The translations under genes and the position numbers were made by a program. DNA of 64,000 nucleotides. It comes from the human T2T-CHM13v2.0 reference genome, Homo sapiens. Every line of letters starts with the position of its first letter. The stretch's first letter is position 1. Shown here piece by piece: positions 58,018-64,000 of the stretch. Under the pieces are notes generated by a model. It did no database searches, was not told where the DNA came from, and saw only the letters and a list, made by a program, of their open reading frames with translations. Location: NCBI RefSeq assembly GCF_009914755.1, contig NC_060926.1. One strand, given 5' to 3'.

Positions 58018-60279
58018 GTAAGATGCATTGATGTTTGTTTTATGGTTGTGGAACTTTCTGTGGATGCATACTAAACATTTTGTTCTTAGATTTTTGTTGT
58101 TGTTACTGCTTTACTGTGCATCCTCTATAATTTATATATTTATGTCATAAAGGGTTCTCCCTCACCCAGCTTTTATAATTAAAATGTGATTGATTTGACT
58201 TAGGAATGGCTTTTAGTTTTAAGAGACTGAGAGTATTTATATTTATTTAAGGTAGGATGTAGAAAAAACCGTTTTACTTGATTAGAAGTTAACACCTTAA
58301 CGGCTCCATTCGCCTCAAAAACCTTGTATTGGTTAATTTTTATATGTCATTAGCTTAAATGTCAGCATGTGTTCATTTTTAACAGGGGTCGATTTTCTAA
58401 TCCAGCCCATTGTATTTAAATGTGAAATAGATATTTTTAGATAGCTTCATCTTTGGCATCTTTAGCAAATGAACTAGCTACAGGAGTATAACTTTTGATG
58501 ATATTTTGCTATCTGAGGTTTAAGCGTTTAATTAGATTAAAATTCACCCTTCAAATGGAGAACTCAGAATAAGTAAAATGATCAGAGATGACTTTGTAGC
58601 TTCCCACCTCTAATAATTTATTCCACTGTTGGTTATAGTAATGATATTGGGTAGTGGTTTGGGGGCAGGAGATTACTTTTTACCAGGTTATCATTTCAGT
58701 ATGTGTTCTGAAGCTGATGTCTTCTGATACCATAATTTTTACATATAAATGAGTAAAGAAGAAATGTAATCAGAACTGTGTTTGAATGCATATCTTTTTA
58801 GTTTTGCAAAATAGCATGGATGTTGTAAGAGAACTGGAAATTTAGGGAAGTTTTTAGGAATTCTGAAATCCTTCTAGGTGCCTCTCAGCTCCCCATTGGT
58901 TTCTCTATGTAGCCAGGTAAAGCCATATTTTGTGTATGACATCAGAAATTGCTTGTCATTTTGAAATTTATGTCTACATTTGTCTTCCCAGGGGCTCATA
59001 TATTTTAAAGGTATACATTTTTATTTTTAGAATCAAGTATTGATTTTTTTGTGAATAAATTACTATAATGATGCCAATTAATTGAAAATCATTTCTACTA
59101 TTATAGGATGAGTGAAACTTACAGATGAATTTAAAGTTTCATTCTAGTAATTTTTTATTTAAAAAGGATTAGAGATTTTATAATCTGTCCTACAGTTATC
59201 ATTTTTGAACCCAATCCTTTGTGTATTAAAGAATATTATTTAAAATTCCATTTTTGAAAAGCTCATGTCATTGCTAAAGGTTTTGAGATTCTACAGGAAG
59301 ACCTTGTAGACCTTTTTGTCACCCTTTCGAAATTGACCAGTATTCTTTCTAATTGAAGCTTTTACCTTTTAAGTAATTTTGACAACAATATTTGTTCTGG
59401 CTGTTACTATACAATATTGAATAAATTATAGTAGGAGGGTGATCTAAGATTATTTCTTTCTGAAATAATGATAGCTTAGAAACTTGTTAAACAGAGCCTT
59501 GGGAATGTATGGGAACTTGAAGTATATGCATTTGGAAAACATTTAATGAACTTTTTTTTTTAATGTAGATATTAAAAATTATTTTTTCTAAAATTAATGT
59601 TATACTAAAATCATAGTTTGAATTGCTGACATATTAATTGTGGATTAAATAATCTATATCTTACAGACTGAATCATATTCATGTTGTTGATGTCCTTTAG
59701 AACAGAGAATGGGTAATGTGTAGATTAACTATAGAGACATTACCAGTGTACATAAAAGCTATTAAAAATCTTAATATTGTAATTTAGCACTGTATTCCCT
59801 CTACCTAGTTATTTTTCCTCTTCAGCTTTCAGCCATTTTCTGTATACTTTAGTTTTTAGTTTTTGGCATCCCCTCTGGTTTGAAACCTATCTCTCTACCT
59901 TTCTAACATTTTCTATTTAGTTTAAATATGTCTTTATGCAGTTATACAATAACTCTTTGCCCTTGAGGACTGAATGGTTTCCTTTCCTGTAGAAGAGTTG
60001 TTTTCAAGCTTTTTTTCTCTTGTCTCCACATTCATATAAGCAGTCTGCTCTGATCAGTAGAATTTCTCGGATAGAGGTGATCACTTGAAGAATGAGGGAG
60101 GGAGGGTGTAGTTTTTAATAAAAACTCTCTAGAGGTTCTTGTGTCCCCTCCACTGAGAATCACACTTGAGAGCCCATCCTTCCTATAAGATTTATATCTG
60201 ACCTCCTTGACCCGTCACTCTGCTAAACAGAAACGTTCTTTCATGTTTTGAATGTGGGAAGGACAAGCAACTTGTAGAC

Positions 60280-60304
60280 AAAAAAAAAAAAAAAAAAAAA
60301 AAAA
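60280..60304 (+). repeat. A25 homopolymer
   Basis: Read directly; no adjacent Alu or L1 body recognised. Confidence 0.97.
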
Positions 60305-61643
60305 GTCTGAGTTTGAAATGAGTCACAAGAAGTCTTTTGTTTTATCTTACTGTTTAAACAGGAATTCTAAAGCCATTTTATAAAGATGGTTTCATTTAGA
60401 AGAAGAAATTGCATGTTTTTCCTACATAACACCTTGCAATGTTTCTGTTGCTGAGGTTCTTTCTAGTACACAGTAAACTTTTAAAACTCCTGAGTGGCAC
60501 CAGTGAGCTGAGTGATGCCTAAAGAAAGCACTAACTGTCTTTGAGGCATTAGAAGAAGAGAGAAAAAGAAAGGCAGAGAGGATGCATTGATCTGGGATCA
60601 CATACCATTTCCAAGTGTCTGAGGTGCCACCCAGTGTCATCATATCAGTTGCTTTTGCCACAGAAATTTTAGTTCCTCCTCAAAATACTCATTATGCAGC
60701 CCTCCAAACCCTTCTGTTGCTTTTCTCTGGAAGCTTTCCAAAAGGCTTCCTGCATCTTGCTTTAGTTGCAGATAGGGAACTGAGAGAATGCTTTCAATGG
60801 AGGGTTGCATTCTGCTTTGATAGGATTTCCTTGTGATTTGTAGATGCTGTATTCCTATTTATATATTATGTTTGCTCTATTTTTAAAAAACTATAGCAGT
60901 GCACGTTTCTTTCATTTACCATATCCTGTTATCTACTATGATGACCACTTCTTTTCTGGATTTTTATTCGTACTTCTTTGCCAGTCAGTCAGTTCCAGAA
61001 CACAAATGATTTTTTATCTCAGATCAAAGGGATGAATTGTTAATATGTTTAAAATTAGAATGAACCAGTTTGGTTAAAGAAATATTTACTTACATATTTC
61101 CTGTATGTGCTTTGTATTTGATATACCTATCTGCAATGTGTTTAAGAATGACTGCCGGTATCTCTGAGATTAATGAAGAAAAAATTTAAACAGTCACTGG
61201 AGAAAGTAATAGATCTTCAGGAGAGGTTTTTGCTGATATATAGTCATAATTTGCTGTTTCTGGCACTTTTCAAATCATCCTCCTCGAAGTACACACTGGA
61301 TGAAACAAATGAAATATTGTTAGGAGTATTTCGTAGTTCACAGAAAATCTTAGTGGGGAATATTACTGAGACTGATCAGAAAGATTTTAGATCTTCTCTC
61401 CTGTGGTACATATATAGCAATAATGCTGAACATTATTATGAAACTCTGAATTCAGGTTGCCTGCCTTGTGATCACTATAGATAATTAGTAATCTAATTAT
61501 GGCAACATTGAAGTTAATGTCATTCATATGTGTTTACTGTTTCTGTCAGTTGACTTTTCAGTATACTCACTTTTTTTCTCATTTTCAGAGTTGGTGTGTG
61601 TCATGTTCTGCTTATTTATAGTATTATTATTATTTATCTGTAG

Positions 61644-61787
61644 GACCCAGGACCACCCCCACCTTCTCCATTACTAGGTTTGAAACCACTGCAGTTATTA
61701 GAAGTGAAAGCAAGGGGAAGATTTGGTTGTGTCTGGAAAGCCCAGTTGCTTAACGAATATGTGGCTGTCAAAATATTTCCAATACAG
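61644..61787 (+). CDS. ACVR2A: ACVR2A coding exon 5 (144 nt): proline-rich juxtamembrane segment and kinase subdomains I-II
   Basis: Acceptor tatctgtag|GAC, donor CAG|gtatgt; reads [48 protein letters not shown] (RGRFG loop, VAVK lysine). Confidence 0.99.
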
Positions 61788-62824
61788 GTATGTTTATTGC
61801 AGTTTTGTCATCTTACATACATGTTTTATGGCTAGGTCATCATAACTCAGAAATAGTCTCAAAACAGAAGCCATATGTACCAAGGTGGTTCTTTGTGATA
61901 CTGGGGAAAGCAGTTAGCTCTTTTAATGCCTGCCTTTGCATCTGAGAAATGGAATTGTTAATATAACAATCATTATGTTTGTCTGGAGTGGTGGAATTAA
62001 ATGAATGCATAGTAGATCTTTTGCCAGTGAAAATTCTAATAGAAATGTTAAATAAAGATAAAGATTCCAATAAACAAGTCTAATTGAGTGGTTAAATTTT
62101 AATATCCCCCTACGTTGTCAGAGAAAGCAAACAAAAAAACAAAAGAGCAGTATACTTTGTTTTAGAATTGGTATTTAGAGGTATATCACCAGACTTGACT
62201 TACTTTCATTCTACTTTGAGTGTTTAATTATTTCAGTTTTTGTTTGATGCATTTTCAGAGGCAATCGAGACTTCAAATAATTGGTTTACTGTTGAATTGT
62301 TTTTAAGGTTGGCTGGACTTCTCATAAAACTCTGATCTAATGTACCTCTGAGCTATTCTTGTGTTTTGTTTTGTTCCGTTGGTGGTATAGATTTATGATG
62401 ATTCTGTCTTCCCCATCTCTTGCTTATATACCCTGGCAGCTCATGATATCCTTGGTACTGACGTCTTGGCTGGATTTGGTGTTGCAGGCTCTACCACCAT
62501 ACTTAGAGAGTGGATGTTTCTTTTTCCAAAGTTATCATATAAGCAATTTCTTTGTCTTAATATACCTAGATTTTAACCTTTTTACCTCCTCTGTTCAATC
62601 TTACCTCCTCTGTTCAGTCTATAAACTGTTTACATAGAGTTTATGAACTGTATTACATTTTTTTTTGGTAGCTGTAAACCACAGTTTAGTTTTCAGAGAG
62701 AAAGTGTATTCTGTTGTGCCAAGATTCATAAATAAGATAAGGGAAGAAATTATTTCCATGTGTAAGGAAGCATAAAGCTCAGAGAAAGGCATTTGGATGA
62801 TATTAACAAGCCCGACAACAGCAA

Positions 62825-63110
62825 CAACAGTAGCTAACATTTTATTGTATGCTTTTATTGGGTCAGGTAGGGGTGTTTTACATATATGAGTACTCACTAA
62901 TATGTGTACGTATATTACCCACATGTACATAAAATGCAACATATAATACAACAATTCTATAAGACAGACACTACAATGCCTTTTCTACTTAATGAGGACA
63001 CTGAAGGATTATGTAACTTGCCAGAGGTTAGTGGGAGAGCCAGGATTTAAGTTTGGACAGTTTGGATGCAGAGAGTTTCTAAGGGTTTCTAACCATTATG
63101 CCATAGTGCC
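62825..63110 (-). mobile_element. MIR
   Basis: tagctaacattttattg...atgaggacactgaagg..taacttgccagaggt..gagccaggattt. Confidence 0.75.
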
Positions 63111-63735
63111 TCTTACTATTATTGTCTTTTAGTAGTGAAAAGAAGCTAATCTTTTATAAGTAGATACTTAGTAGACATGGATTGCTTGCAGGCACAAGTG
63201 AATATATGGTGTCTTAAATTATTGCATTGCATATCTTTGCCCCTTGCTTTCTCATAGACCTTGTAGGGTATGCTAAACATTTTTTGAAGGATGTTTGATA
63301 TTATGTTAGTTTTTGAAAAGAAGAAGTTTTCTATTTAGAGGAAGTCATTCTGCCGGAATTTCATCTTTCAAGGAGATTATTCTGAATAGTACCACAAGTA
63401 ACTTCACACCATGATGAAATTACAGTGTAATACTTGCAGTAACTTACGTGTTGCCATTGTAAGACACAGAATGCAGCATTTCCGATCACCTTCTGTGTTT
63501 GTAAACTAGAAACACAGAAAAGTACGTTTTGAGGGAATGAAAAGGGCAGGCATTTAGTATAAATTTGTTAACCTATTGTCAGAGCTTTTTCTTATTACAA
63601 AACAGAACAAAAAATTTTTTAAGACTTTTTTGTTTTGTTTTGTTTTACTTTGGAACTTATTTGAGTAATCTCTTATGCATGGTTTATTAAACCTGTATTC
63701 CTTGTGTTCTTACTATTCTTTCTTTTTGACTCTAG

Positions 63736-63879
63736 GACAAACAGTCATGGCAAAATGAATACGAAGTCTACAGTTTGCCTGGAATGAAGCATGAGAACAT
63801 ATTACAGTTCATTGGTGCAGAAAAACGAGGCACCAGTGTTGATGTGGATCTTTGGCTGATCACAGCATTTCATGAAAAG
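63736..63879 (+). CDS. ACVR2A: ACVR2A coding exon 6 (144 nt): kinase subdomains III-V
   Basis: Acceptor ttgactctag|GAC, donor AAG|gtaaaa; reads [48 protein letters not shown]. Confidence 0.99.
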
Positions 63880-64000
63880 GTAAAACTACTTAACGTTTTA
63901 CTTTAGTAAAGTCTGAGTTGGCCTGCCTACCTAATGCTGGCTATAAATCCCTCAGAGTTATTTTTCGAGACATCTTATAGTTGATTAATATTTAACCTGA

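Noticed and set aside
56500-60304. Processed pseudogene or 3'UTR retrocopy ending at A25
   Set aside because: No proximal poly(A) signal, no ORF remnant, only a weak 10-bp TSD candidate (aaagtctgag at ~57513); better explained as constrained intron around the microexon.

Overview
Human (primate) genomic DNA, AT-rich and CpG-depleted, covering the 3' ~42.7 kb of intron 1 and coding exons 2-6 of ACVR2A (activin receptor type 2A) on the + strand; the promoter/exon 1 and exons 7 onward lie outside the window. Exon numbers count the ATG-containing exon as exon 1. The introns hold 13 full Alus plus a monomer, L1, L2, MIR and MaLR fragments, Tigger/Charlie/MER DNA-transposon fossils, a 3'-truncated U6 retrocopy and microsatellites. 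The most interesting signals concern RNA processing: (1) a 24-nt in-frame microexon (57994-58017, HAFHIMIE) in a repeat-poor part of intron 4 with neural splicing motifs and a nearby CTCF-like site, probably the ActRIIA-N insert; (2) the 473-nt exon 2-4 block known to circularise, whose back-splice opens a 54-codon alternative frame after the transmembrane helix; (3) a 56-nt stop-containing cryptic exon beside a (TG)25 tract, the layout of TDP-43-repressed exons; (4) two local ~100-bp duplications next to TG tracts. Repeat subfamily names and literature identities are from memory and need database confirmation; repeat boundaries are approximate.
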